Source: Bryobacterales bacterium
GTDB taxonomy: Bacteria > Acidobacteriota > Terriglobia > Bryobacterales > UBA6623
Direction of reading: 5' to 3'
Assembly: GCA_965208945.1 (NCBI GenBank)
Contig: OZ242366.1
Location: forward strand, 5,290,048-5,354,047
Length of the DNA stretch: 64,000 bases
Each line of letters begins with the position of its first letter. Position 1 is the first letter of the stretch. Below the pieces are notes generated by a model. That model was not told the DNA's origin, ran no database searches, and saw nothing but the letters and a program-made list of their open reading frames with translations. Below, piece by piece: positions 52,795 to 61,517 of this stretch. The position numbers and the translations under genes were made by a program.

Positions 52795-53280
52795 GTGAAG
52801 ATTCGAACAGCGACACTACTTGCAACGTTCACGTTACTCAGCTTGGGAGGATGCCTGGAGGCCCCCGAGCCTGTTGCCGAACCAGTAGCCGAGCCACCTG
52901 CGCCCGTGGAGCCGGAACCGGAACCCGAGCCGCCACCGGAACCAGAGCCGGAGCCGGAGGAAAGTCCGACGACAAGCACACCCGGCCCTATCCGATGGGC
53001 CGGCTCCAAGGGTAATGGTTGGATTATGATTCGTGGCTTGGACGACGGAACCTACGAGAATTATTACCCTTCCGTCGTAAAGGACGTACAGATGGCCCTA
53101 CAAGACCAGGGACTATACAACGGTCCGATTTCAGGCATGCTGGATGACATGACGGTGAACGCACTGGGGGAATTTCAGAAGGCCAACAACCTGCATGTTT
53201 CCGGCATGCCCACACCACGAACGCGTGAAGCGTTGAAGAATCCGCCTCAGGCCGACAGCCAGCAAAATGGAGATGGATAG
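52795..53280 (+). CDS. Lipoprotein with a Pro/Glu-rich linker and a peptidoglycan-binding (PG_binding_1-like) domain
   Basis: GTG start with GGAGG 7 nt upstream. Lipobox-like sequence is LLSLGGC. The linker is (EP)-rich: PEPVAEPVAEPPAPVEPEPEPEPPPEPEPEPEE. VVKDVQMALQDQGLYNGPISGMLDDMTVNALGEFQKANNLHVSGMPTPRTREAL matches the PG-binding repeat pattern. Confidence 0.7.
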   Translation: MKIRTATLLATFTLLSLGGCLEAPEPVAEPVAEPPAPVEPEPEPEPPPEPEPEPEESPTTSTPGPIRWAGSKGNGWIMIRGLDDGTYENYYPSVVKDVQMALQDQGLYNGPISGMLDDMTVNALGEFQKANNLHVSGMPTPRTREALKNPPQADSQQNGDG

Positions 53281-53605
53281 TTCCCAATTCAGCGGAGAAC
53301 GCCATTCGGCGCGAGCTGTTCGGTCAGCTTCAGAGACCGGGACTTACAGCGTTCACCATGCCGTGAACGGTGTTTTCCAGGAGTATGGCAATTACGCCCT
53401 CTATCAAGCATGCGAAGAATGAAACGGTATTGACGATTCGTTGTTTGTTGCTGATGGCGGCTGGAACAAGACTGAGCACTTTAGAACCTCGCAGCAGAAG
53501 CGCCACTACATGAAAGTCGATCAACTGGAATTAGTTGGCTTCGGCAAGTGAAGCCAAACAATTCCGGGCTTCATGGTGCGGCCGTTTGGGGTTCAGGAGG
53601 TTTAC

Positions 53606-55336
53606 ATGGAGGTTGCCTCCGACATAGAGATAGGTGCTCCCAGAACCATGACGCCCCTACGAAACCCGGCCACCGTTCTTCTAGCGATTTTCCTCGCAAC
53701 CTGCTCACCGAGTTCAATCGAGACGGACACCCTTGATCGCGGTTCCGTCACCCAGGAGCACGTCATGATCCCGATGCGCGATGGCGTGCGCCTCTCCGCG
53801 TATCTTTACTTCCCTGAAGGGAAAGGCCCCTGGCCGGTGTTGTATGAACAGCGATACGCTGATCTCCGCGCCGACCGCACCCGCCGGATCCTTGCCGAAC
53901 TTGCCTCGCATGGTTACGTGGTCTGCGCTCAGAACTTTCGGGGCGCACACCTTTCCGAAGGCGTCTGGGACGGTTACCGCTCGCTCGGGTGGGGCGATCT
54001 TCAGGATGGCTATGACACCGTCGAATGGCTTGCCGATCAACCTTGGTCCAATGGCAAGATCGGAACGTTCGGGGCGTCGCAAGGCGGCTTTGCCCAGAAC
54101 TTCCTCGCAGTCACCCAACCTCCACACCTCGTAGCGCAATACATGGTCGACACCGGACTCAGCTTGTTTCATGAGGGCTATCGGATCGGTGGGGCCACCA
54201 AACCGAACCGGTTCAAGGCCATGGACAGGAACTGTCGTGTCCCCGAGCACAACGATCGATGGCTCCGTGAAACGTTCGAGCACCCTACCTACGACGAGTA
54301 TTGGAGGCAGGAGGACTCCACACTCCACTTCGACAAGATGAACGTTCCGGCATTCACCATCGGAAGTTGGTACGACTACATGAGTGTCGGATCGATCGAC
54401 AGCTTCGTAGGACGACAGCATCGCGGGGGACCGAATTCGCGCGGTGTGCAGAAACTATTGCTCGGTCCGTGGCTGCATGGTCGCTATAACAAGAATTCGA
54501 AAGTAGGCGAACTGCAGTATCCCGAGAATTCCACATTCGACGTAAATGCCCACATGATCGAGTGGTTCAACCATCACCTCAAGGGTGCGGATAACAGGGT
54601 GGATCGTGAGCCTGCTGTCCGATATTACGTCATGGGCGCGGTTGGTGAACCTGGCGCTCCCGGGAATGAATGGAGGACAGCCGATGACTGGCCGATTCCT
54701 GTCAAAGAAACCTCTTACTATTTCACTCCGGCGAACGAGCTGGGGCAGGGGGGCCTTGTTCTTGAGGCGCCAGTCTCCTCAGAAGGTAGGACCGAGTACC
54801 GCAGTGACCCCAACAACCCGGCGCCGATCCGGACCCGTGCCTTCCCCGGCGCGCGTGATGCTCGCCTGTACGAGCAACACCCCGAACCGCAGACCTTCAC
54901 GACCGAGCCGCTTGCCGCTCCCGTTGAGTGGACGGGCAAAGTCAAAGTAGAACTCTACATTTCGGCAAACGTGAAAGATGCGGATTACATCGTGCGGCTC
55001 AGCGACGTCTACCCAGACGGTCGCTCGATTCTCATCATGGACAAAGTCCAGCGCGCACGCTTCCGGGAAGGTTTCGATCGCGAGGTATTGATGGAACCGG
55101 ACAAGGTGTACAAACTCGCTTTCGACATTCACTCGCTCAGCCAGATCTTCAACAAAGGCCACCGCATCCGCATTACTGTCGGCAGCACGGGCGCTGAGTT
55201 CTACGAGCCCAACCCCCACACCGGCGGGCCAATGACGATCGAGCCCCCCGAGGAAATGCTCATCGCTGATAACGTTATTCATCACACCAAACAATACGCT
55301 TCTCGCATCATCGCGCCCCTCGTGGAAGAGCCCTAG
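53606..55336 (+). CDS. CocE/NonD-family (S15, X-Pro dipeptidyl-peptidase-like) serine hydrolase
   Basis: ATG 53606 has GGAGG upstream; the Met at 53648 gives a lipoprotein-like LLAIFLATCS. The nucleophile motif is GTFGASQGG. PVLYEQRYAD is present. The C-terminal beta-sandwich ...RARFREGF...GHRIRITVGS is typical of CocE/NonD. Confidence 0.75.
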   Translation: MEVASDIEIGAPRTMTPLRNPATVLLAIFLATCSPSSIETDTLDRGSVTQEHVMIPMRDGVRLSAYLYFPEGKGPWPVLYEQRYADLRADRTRRILAELASHGYVVCAQNFRGAHLSEGVWDGYRSLGWGDLQDGYDTVEWLADQPWSNGKIGTFGASQGGFAQNFLAVTQPPHLVAQYMVDTGLSLFHEGYRIGGATKPNRFKAMDRNCRVPEHNDRWLRETFEHPTYDEYWRQEDSTLHFDKMNVPAFTIGSWYDYMSVGSIDSFVGRQHRGGPNSRGVQKLLLGPWLHGRYNKNSKVGELQYPENSTFDVNAHMIEWFNHHLKGADNRVDREPAVRYYVMGAVGEPGAPGNEWRTADDWPIPVKETSYYFTPANELGQGGLVLEAPVSSEGRTEYRSDPNNPAPIRTRAFPGARDARLYEQHPEPQTFTTEPLAAPVEWTGKVKVELYISANVKDADYIVRLSDVYPDGRSILIMDKVQRARFREGFDREVLMEPDKVYKLAFDIHSLSQIFNKGHRIRITVGSTGAEFYEPNPHTGGPMTIEPPEEMLIADNVIHHTKQYASRIIAPLVEEP

Positions 55337-55375
55337 TCTGCCGGCGCTGCTTCCCTTCCCGTTGCACTACTGCTG

Positions 55376-56188
55376 GTGAAAAGCTTACCCTCAAACCCAG
55401 AAATGATCTGGGACCTGCACGTCCACTTCAGCAATTTCGAAGGCCGCACACCGCACGAGAAGATGGCCAATGCCGTCAAGTTCGCCGATCGCATGGGAAT
55501 CGAGCGGTTCATGCTCTACCTTGGCTTCCCGCCTCACCCAGAAGACCCGACGCCTGAGGAATTGACGAAGATCAACAACCAGGTCTTAGAAGCCCTGCAG
55601 CATTGGCATCACCGCGCTTTCGGCTTCGCCTACCTGAATCCCAACCATCTCGAGTTCAGCCTCAAGGAGTTCGACCGCTGTGTACGTGACGGCCCCATGG
55701 TGGGAGTCAAGCTTTGGATTGCACGCAAGTGCAATACACCGGAACTCGACCCGATTGTCGAGCGTGCCGCGTCGACCAATGCCGTGATCTTCCAGCACAC
55801 CTGGGTCAAAGTGACGGGCAATCGCCCCGGAGAGTGCACGCCCAGCGAGTTCGCCGAACTGGCCGCGCGCCATCCCGATATACCGATCATCTGTGGCCAC
55901 ACCGGTGGCGACTGGGAACACGGCATCCGAGCGGTTAGGGCTCACAAGAACGTTTCGATCGGCATCGCGGGCTCGGATCCAACAAACGGATTCGTTGAAA
56001 CGGCTGTCCGTGAGCTAGGACCGGAACGCATCATCTACGGGAGCGATGCCGGCGGACGTAGTTTTGCCTCCCAACTCGCCAAGGTTCAAGGTGCGAACAT
56101 CTCTGACGAAGCCAAGAAACTTATCCTCGGGGAGAACCTCAAACGTATGCTTGCGCCAATCCTCGAGCGTAAGGGGATTGAAGCATGA
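55376..56188 (+). CDS. Amidohydrolase-2 family (PF04909-like) metal-dependent hydrolase
   Basis: Contains IWDLHVHF (HxH), ICGHTGGDWEH and IIYGSDAGG. GTG 55376 or ATG 55403 could be the start. Its stop overlaps the start of the next gene. Confidence 0.65.
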   Translation: MKSLPSNPEMIWDLHVHFSNFEGRTPHEKMANAVKFADRMGIERFMLYLGFPPHPEDPTPEELTKINNQVLEALQHWHHRAFGFAYLNPNHLEFSLKEFDRCVRDGPMVGVKLWIARKCNTPELDPIVERAASTNAVIFQHTWVKVTGNRPGECTPSEFAELAARHPDIPIICGHTGGDWEHGIRAVRAHKNVSIGIAGSDPTNGFVETAVRELGPERIIYGSDAGGRSFASQLAKVQGANISDEAKKLILGENLKRMLAPILERKGIEA

Positions 56189-56955
56189 TCATCGACACCA
56201 ACGTTTATGTCTCGCGTTGGCCGTTTCGTCGACTGCACGGAGATGAAATATCCGAACTGATAGCGAAGCTGCGCTTGCATGACGTGTCGCAGGCCTGGAC
56301 CGGGAGTTTCGACGGTGTCTTGCACGAAGATGTCGCCGCCGTCAACGAACGGCTCGCCGAATCCTGCCGAACACTGGGGCAGGGCTTGCTCATCCCGTTC
56401 GGCACAGTGAACCCGACGCTTCCGGACTGGCAAGAAGATCTGCGGCGATGTCAGGAAGAACACAAGATGCCCGGCATTCGCCTGCATCCGAGCTACCATG
56501 GATATACCCTTGACGACCCGCGATTTATTGACCTGCTGCGGCGGGCCGCCGGGCGAAAGATTGTCGTTCAGATTGCCCTCAACCTGGAAGACGAGCGGAC
56601 GCAACACCCCCTCGTTCGTGTCAGCGAAGTCGATACCGCACCGATCCTCCGACTTCTACCCAATCTCCCTGGTTTGCGTCTCGTGATTCAGAATCGCAGG
56701 CGGAAGCCATCCGGCAAACTGCTCGGCCGGCTCAGCTACCACGGTGAAGTCTATTTCGACTTCGCCATGCTGGAGGGCGTGGGCGGAATCTCCAAGTTCA
56801 TCGATGAGATCCCAGGAGACCGTCTCCTGTTCGGTTCACATTACCCATTTTTCTACTTCGAATCTGCGCTGCTGAAGGTGAAAGAGTCCGAACTGAGCAA
56901 AGCACAGCGAGACGCCATCTTCAACGGAAACGCCCGTCTGCTGCTCGAACCGTAG
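56185..56955 (+). CDS. Amidohydrolase-2 family protein (paralog of the truncated gene at 18309)
   Basis: 256 aa. Contains MIIDTNVYV, IRLHPSYHGY and LLFGSHYPFF. A 4-nt overlap (ATGA) with the upstream amidohydrolase gene suggests a two-gene unit. Confidence 0.65.
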   Translation: MIIDTNVYVSRWPFRRLHGDEISELIAKLRLHDVSQAWTGSFDGVLHEDVAAVNERLAESCRTLGQGLLIPFGTVNPTLPDWQEDLRRCQEEHKMPGIRLHPSYHGYTLDDPRFIDLLRRAAGRKIVVQIALNLEDERTQHPLVRVSEVDTAPILRLLPNLPGLRLVIQNRRRKPSGKLLGRLSYHGEVYFDFAMLEGVGGISKFIDEIPGDRLLFGSHYPFFYFESALLKVKESELSKAQRDAIFNGNARLLLEP

Positions 56956-57024
56956 AACCCCGCGTGCTAATGCGCCGAAACTCCACTTGGGGTCGTCCTC
57001 ATCTGGAAACGTTTCGCTTCCGCC

Positions 57025-58668
57025 TTATCGCGGTGGGGTTTCAGGAGATGGCTTGTGATTTCCCACTGCCGTGCTTGCTGAGGTCGGATCGGTTTCGTTG
57101 GCTGGCGTCATTGGCGGAGTAGTCACAATGACTTCCGCCACGCGGTCGATGAGACGCCTGACGTAGGAGTTGGGGGCGCTGGAGTTGTTGACGTAGATTG
57201 CGAAGGCCAAGTCGCGTTCGTCCTGCGTGCGGGCGTAGCCCGAAAGGGCGGTCACTCCACTAAGAGTACCCGTCTTGGCCTGGATCTTTCCGCGCACGGG
57301 TCCGCGAGAGAAGCGCCAATCGAGGGTTCCATCTTCGCCGGCGACGGCGAGGGTCGAGCGAAAGAGATCGCCGTGCTCGGAGTCCGCCATGTGGGCGAGC
57401 AGCCGAACGGTGGCCTCGGGACTGATCAGGTTGTGCCGGGAGAGCCCGGAAGCATCGCGCACGCGAAACTGCCATCTCTTGATCCCTGCTTCCTGGAGGA
57501 AGGATTTCATCTCTTCGAGGCCTGCTTCGAAACTGCCTACGCCACGGCGGACATAGCCGACCTCTCGCAGCAGCATCTCGGCATGAAGATTCTGGCTGAC
57601 CTTATTGATGATCGGGAGGTTTGCAGCGAGCGGCATCGACTGAATCATCGCTAGTCCACTTGGAGGCTCATATTTCCGGCGTGTTCCGCCTTTGAGATCG
57701 GTGACTTCGTGAGGCCGTCGATGGCGGGCATGGGTCTCACCTGAGATCTCGACGTCGAGTGCTTCGAGGCGTTCACGAATGGCCATGGCGGCGAACAGCG
57801 CTGGGTTGTCGACCGCCACGTCGATGCTGCGGCCACGGGAGCGGATGGAAATCTGACCCCAGAGCATCAGCTTGTTTGAACCGGGCTGCCTGTCGAGGTC
57901 CAGCCTTTGAGCGACGGTTCGAGTCGGCATCGTGCGGGTGCGGTTCGAGAAGCTGAAGTAGGTCACGTTGGGTTTGAACGCAACCCGTGCGCGACGGCCG
58001 GCGGCTCGACCCGGCAGGACGAGCATCGTAACGACATTGTCATTGAAGGAGAGCGCACTGACTGGGGCGCCGTAGCCCCATTTGGGGTCGTCAACGGACC
58101 ACCCAGTGGCGTAGGGCTGGCGGGCATAGCGGGTATCGTCGCCGATGATGTCTCCTTCAATGCGCCGCAGGCCCGATTGCACCGCCTGGTCCGCGAGTTC
58201 GGAAAGCGGGAGCAGCAGATCCCGTTGGAAGTTTTGCCGGCGATTGTAGGGAAGAATGCGTGCGGAAAGATTAGGGTCCCCGCCACCAAGCAGGACCAGG
58301 TCACCATGCAAGACACCGTCGTCGTCTAGTTCCGCTTCACTGACAAGCATTGTCGTATAGCGATGCTCGGGACCAAGCCGCGATAGGGCGAGAGCCGTCG
58401 ATAGAAGCTTCTGGTTCGACGCAGGAACGAAGAGCTTCCGGGAGTTCCGTTCGTACAGGACTTGTTTGCTCGCCAGATCGACGATATGAATCCCCCAGAA
58501 GGAACGGAGGGCAGTGCGGCTCTCGAGGATCTCATCGACGGCCTCCGGAAGGGTGAATGGGGAAGCCTCGGTGGAGTCCAGACGTGGAGCCGTGAACCAC
58601 AACCAGGCCAGGGCAGCGCACGCATAGCGGAACAACCGCTTGTGTCGTAAGTGTGTTCTGGCTGTCAA
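57025..58668 (-). CDS. dacB: D-alanyl-D-alanine carboxypeptidase/endopeptidase (PBP4, S13 family)
   Basis: 547 aa with a signal sequence. Contains the SxxK motif (PASNQKLLSTALAL), SGLSRHN (SxN) and KTGTLSGVTALSGY (KTG). Confidence 0.85.
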   Translation of the reverse strand: MTARTHLRHKRLFRYACAALAWLWFTAPRLDSTEASPFTLPEAVDEILESRTALRSFWGIHIVDLASKQVLYERNSRKLFVPASNQKLLSTALALSRLGPEHRYTTMLVSEAELDDDGVLHGDLVLLGGGDPNLSARILPYNRRQNFQRDLLLPLSELADQAVQSGLRRIEGDIIGDDTRYARQPYATGWSVDDPKWGYGAPVSALSFNDNVVTMLVLPGRAAGRRARVAFKPNVTYFSFSNRTRTMPTRTVAQRLDLDRQPGSNKLMLWGQISIRSRGRSIDVAVDNPALFAAMAIRERLEALDVEISGETHARHRRPHEVTDLKGGTRRKYEPPSGLAMIQSMPLAANLPIINKVSQNLHAEMLLREVGYVRRGVGSFEAGLEEMKSFLQEAGIKRWQFRVRDASGLSRHNLISPEATVRLLAHMADSEHGDLFRSTLAVAGEDGTLDWRFSRGPVRGKIQAKTGTLSGVTALSGYARTQDERDLAFAIYVNNSSAPNSYVRRLIDRVAEVIVTTPPMTPANETDPTSASTAVGNHKPSPETPPR

Positions 58669-58743
58669 CCCTTTTTATCCTGATCGCCTGGCCGATTTGT
58701 TGACTTTACGGTTCCTTGAAAAGTAACGGTCGTTGAAAAGACT

Positions 58744-58769
58744 TGTCCTCGCTCCAAAACAGGAGGACA
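58744..58769 (-). terminator. Possible intrinsic terminator of hemB
   Basis: A 7-bp stem TGTCCTC (58744-58750) / GAGGACA (58763-58769) has a 12-nt loop. It sits 22 nt after the hemB stop and is followed on the coding strand by AGUCUUUUC. This is a weak call. Confidence 0.3.
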
Positions 58770-58790
58770 GGGCCGTCCAACGGAACGCGT

Positions 58791-59759
58791 TCATAAACGG
58801 CTCGCCATGGTCTTGGCAAAATAGGTGAGGATCAAGTCAGCACCAGCGCGCTTGATGGAAGTTAGGGATTCGGTCATGGCCCGGTCGAGGTCGAGCCAGC
58901 CGTTGCGGGCGGCAGCGACGATCATCGAGTACTCGCCGCTGACCTGATAGGCCGCGATGGGCAGATCGAACTCCTGCTTCGCGCGAAACACGATGTCGAG
59001 ATAGGGCATTGCCGGCTTGACCATGATGATGTCGGCGCCTTCGTCGATGTCCAATTGGATCTCGCGCATTGCCTCGCGCTGGTTTGCCGGATCCATCTGA
59101 TAGGATCGCCTGTCACCGAACTGGGGTGCGGATTCGGCGGCTTCGCGAAACGGCCCGTAGAAAATGGATGCGTACTTGGCAGCATAGGAAAGGATCGGTA
59201 ATTTCTCAAAGCCGCTGTCGTCGAGAGCGATACGGATCTCCTCAATGCGGCCGTCCATCATGTCGGACGGCGCAATTACATCAGCCCCGGCTCGGGCCTG
59301 TGACACCGCCGTTTGGGCGAGCAGATCAAGGGTCGCATCGTTGTCGACATCTCCATCGACAACATGACCGCAGTGTCCGTGACTGGTGTATTCGCAAAGG
59401 CAAGTGTCGGCGATGACAAGTAGGTCGTCAACTTCCTGCTTAACGGCACGGATGGCCCGCTGGACGATGCCGTCGTCATCGTAGGCTCCAGACCCTTCAG
59501 GGTCTTTGGATTCGGGCAGGCCAAAGAGGATAATGCCGGCGACCCCCAGTGATTCGGCCTCTTTAGCTTCCACAACAAGCTGATCGACGGACAATTGGTA
59601 GTTGCCCGGCATGGAACTGATCTCTCGGCGCGCGCCGTTGCCAGGGCAGACGAACAGTGGATAGATAAAGTCACGCGGGGAAAGCCGTGTCTCTTGAACA
59701 GCCTTTCGAAGCGCTTGGCTCGCCCGTAATCGTCTCGGACGCACGGTCGGAAAACCCAT
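58791..59759 (-). CDS. hemB: Porphobilinogen synthase (delta-aminolevulinate dehydratase)
   Basis: The N-terminus is [31 protein letters not shown]. The [12 protein letters not shown] metal site, the PSDMMDGR and YAAKYAS active-site regions, and [11 protein letters not shown] are present. 322 aa. Confidence 0.92.
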   Translation of the reverse strand: MGFPTVRPRRLRASQALRKAVQETRLSPRDFIYPLFVCPGNGARREISSMPGNYQLSVDQLVVEAKEAESLGVAGIILFGLPESKDPEGSGAYDDDGIVQRAIRAVKQEVDDLLVIADTCLCEYTSHGHCGHVVDGDVDNDATLDLLAQTAVSQARAGADVIAPSDMMDGRIEEIRIALDDSGFEKLPILSYAAKYASIFYGPFREAAESAPQFGDRRSYQMDPANQREAMREIQLDIDEGADIIMVKPAMPYLDIVFRAKQEFDLPIAAYQVSGEYSMIVAAARNGWLDLDRAMTESLTSIKRAGADLILTYFAKTMASRL

Positions 59760-59861
59760 GATTCTATTCTACGCCGGGTTGAGAAAGATCCTATGCCGGT
59801 ACTGTCGATCAACGTTCTTCTGCCTCCACCTGAAGATCGGCCTTCTCGTTCGTTGGGCTAG

Positions 59862-60040
59862 CCTGCATTTCTCACCACGTGGCGAGGCGAAGTGCGTGTG
59901 AGGGCCGTCAGCACGAGGCGCGAGCCGCTTGGCGCGCGCAGGCGTACTTGAACAGTACGTTGTGAGCACGGCAAGCAAGCGCAACGAATTCCTGGCGGCC
60001 GTATGGCGTGCTTCGGCCGTCGGGTGGTGAGAAATGCAGG
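59862..60040 (-). mobile_element. MITE copy 8 (179 bp, inverted orientation)
   Basis: Perfect TIRs and a perfect duplication, CTAG (59858-59861) / CTAG (60041-60044). The interior is the reverse complement of the other copies. It lies between the divergent hemB and glgC genes. Confidence 0.92.
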
Positions 60041-60232
60041 CTAGAGACGCCCCCGACCTGACAGGCAGCATCATTTTGGTTTCCCGACTGCACTCCAGCT
60101 ATGCGGCACTCTCTATCCCCACCGTCCCGTCTCCATGCTGACTGATCGGGAAGGAAACGTGTACGCAACACGGACGAAACACGGAGATCACAGGAGGCGT
60201 GACATACTAAAGTTCGGTCTCCCGTCCCCCTT

Positions 60233-61483
60233 ATGGAGCATATTCCGGTTCTCGGCATCATCCTCGCCGGTGGCAAGGGAGAACGTCTCTCTCCCCTCAC
60301 CAAGCAGCGATCGAAGCCGGCTGTCCCGTTCGCGGGGAAATACCGTATCGTCGATTTCGTTCTCAGCAATTTCATCAATTCGGGGATTTATTCGATCTAC
60401 GTTCTTACGCAGTTCAAGAGCCAGTCGTTGTTGCAGCATCTGAGTGACGGTTGGCAGTTTTCCAATCTGCTGAAAAACCAGTTCATCATTCCGGTTCCGG
60501 CGCAAATGCGCAAGGGCGCACAGTGGTATCAAGGAACTTCGGACGCGATCTTTCAAAACATTCATCTCCTGGAGTTGGCGATGCCAGAATTGGTCGCAGT
60601 ATTCGGCGCGGACCATATCTACCGCATGGACGTAAGCAGCATGGTGGCCTACCACCAGGAAAAAGGCGCCGAAGGCACTGTGGCCGTGCTTCCGATTCCG
60701 ATTTCGGAAGCTGTGAGATTTGGGACGATGGAGGTTGACCAGGATTGGCGGATCTTACGTTTTCTCGAGAAAACCGACAATCCGCCCGGGATTCCCGGAC
60801 GTCCTGGCTGGTGCCTGGCTTCGATGGGCAACTACGTCTTCAGTGGAGAAGTACTGAAAGAAGAACTCCAGCGGGATGCCGCTGACGAAAACAGTTCGCA
60901 TGACTTCGGCAAAGACATTCTGCCGTGGATGACGAACAACCACGTACTCTACGCCTACGATTTCCACCGCAACGTAGTGCCTGGCGAGGAGAAGAACCGC
61001 GGCTATTGGCGCGATGTCGGCACGATCGAAGCCTACTACGAAGCCAACATGGACCTGAAGTCCGCCGAACCGGCCCTCAATCTGCATAACCTCGATTGGC
61101 CGCTCCGAACGGCTGAATACCACGTAGGCCCGACTAAATTCATCTCTGATGCACAAGGCCACCAGGGACAGGCGATGAACTCAATCATTTGCGAAGGATG
61201 CATTCTCTCCGGTTGCCAGGTGATCGATTCCGTGCTGGGCCGCCGAGTGCATGTGCAAAACGGGGCGGAACTGAACGAAACCGTCGTCATGGATAACTGC
61301 CGCATCGGTCCGGGAGCACAAGTACGTCGGGCGATTCTGGATAAGAACGCTGTCATACCGGCCGGTGAGCGCATCGGCTATGAACTTGCCGAAGACCGCA
61401 AAAAGTACCACGTCAGTGAGACGGGGATTGTTGTGGTCGAAGGCCGCCGATCGAGGATCCCGCTATCACCCGTGACAATATAG
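60233..61483 (+). CDS. glgC: Glucose-1-phosphate adenylyltransferase
   Basis: The N-terminus is GIILAGGKGERLSPLTKQRSKPAVPFAGKYRIVDFVLSNFINSGI. FKSQSLLQHL, WYQGTSDA and a C-terminal left-handed beta-helix region are present. 416 aa. Confidence 0.92.
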   Translation: MEHIPVLGIILAGGKGERLSPLTKQRSKPAVPFAGKYRIVDFVLSNFINSGIYSIYVLTQFKSQSLLQHLSDGWQFSNLLKNQFIIPVPAQMRKGAQWYQGTSDAIFQNIHLLELAMPELVAVFGADHIYRMDVSSMVAYHQEKGAEGTVAVLPIPISEAVRFGTMEVDQDWRILRFLEKTDNPPGIPGRPGWCLASMGNYVFSGEVLKEELQRDAADENSSHDFGKDILPWMTNNHVLYAYDFHRNVVPGEEKNRGYWRDVGTIEAYYEANMDLKSAEPALNLHNLDWPLRTAEYHVGPTKFISDAQGHQGQAMNSIICEGCILSGCQVIDSVLGRRVHVQNGAELNETVVMDNCRIGPGAQVRRAILDKNAVIPAGERIGYELAEDRKKYHVSETGIVVVEGRRSRIPLSPVTI

Positions 61484-61517
61484 GGACTCGGATTCACACG
61501 ACTCGAAGTGTGCCTGG

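Noticed and set aside
52499-53524. Small ORFs 52499..52753 (84 aa, plus strand) and 53330..53524 (64 aa, minus strand)
   Set aside because: They have no RBS, motif or family resemblance, and they lie in a compositionally odd patch. The support is insufficient to call them genes.
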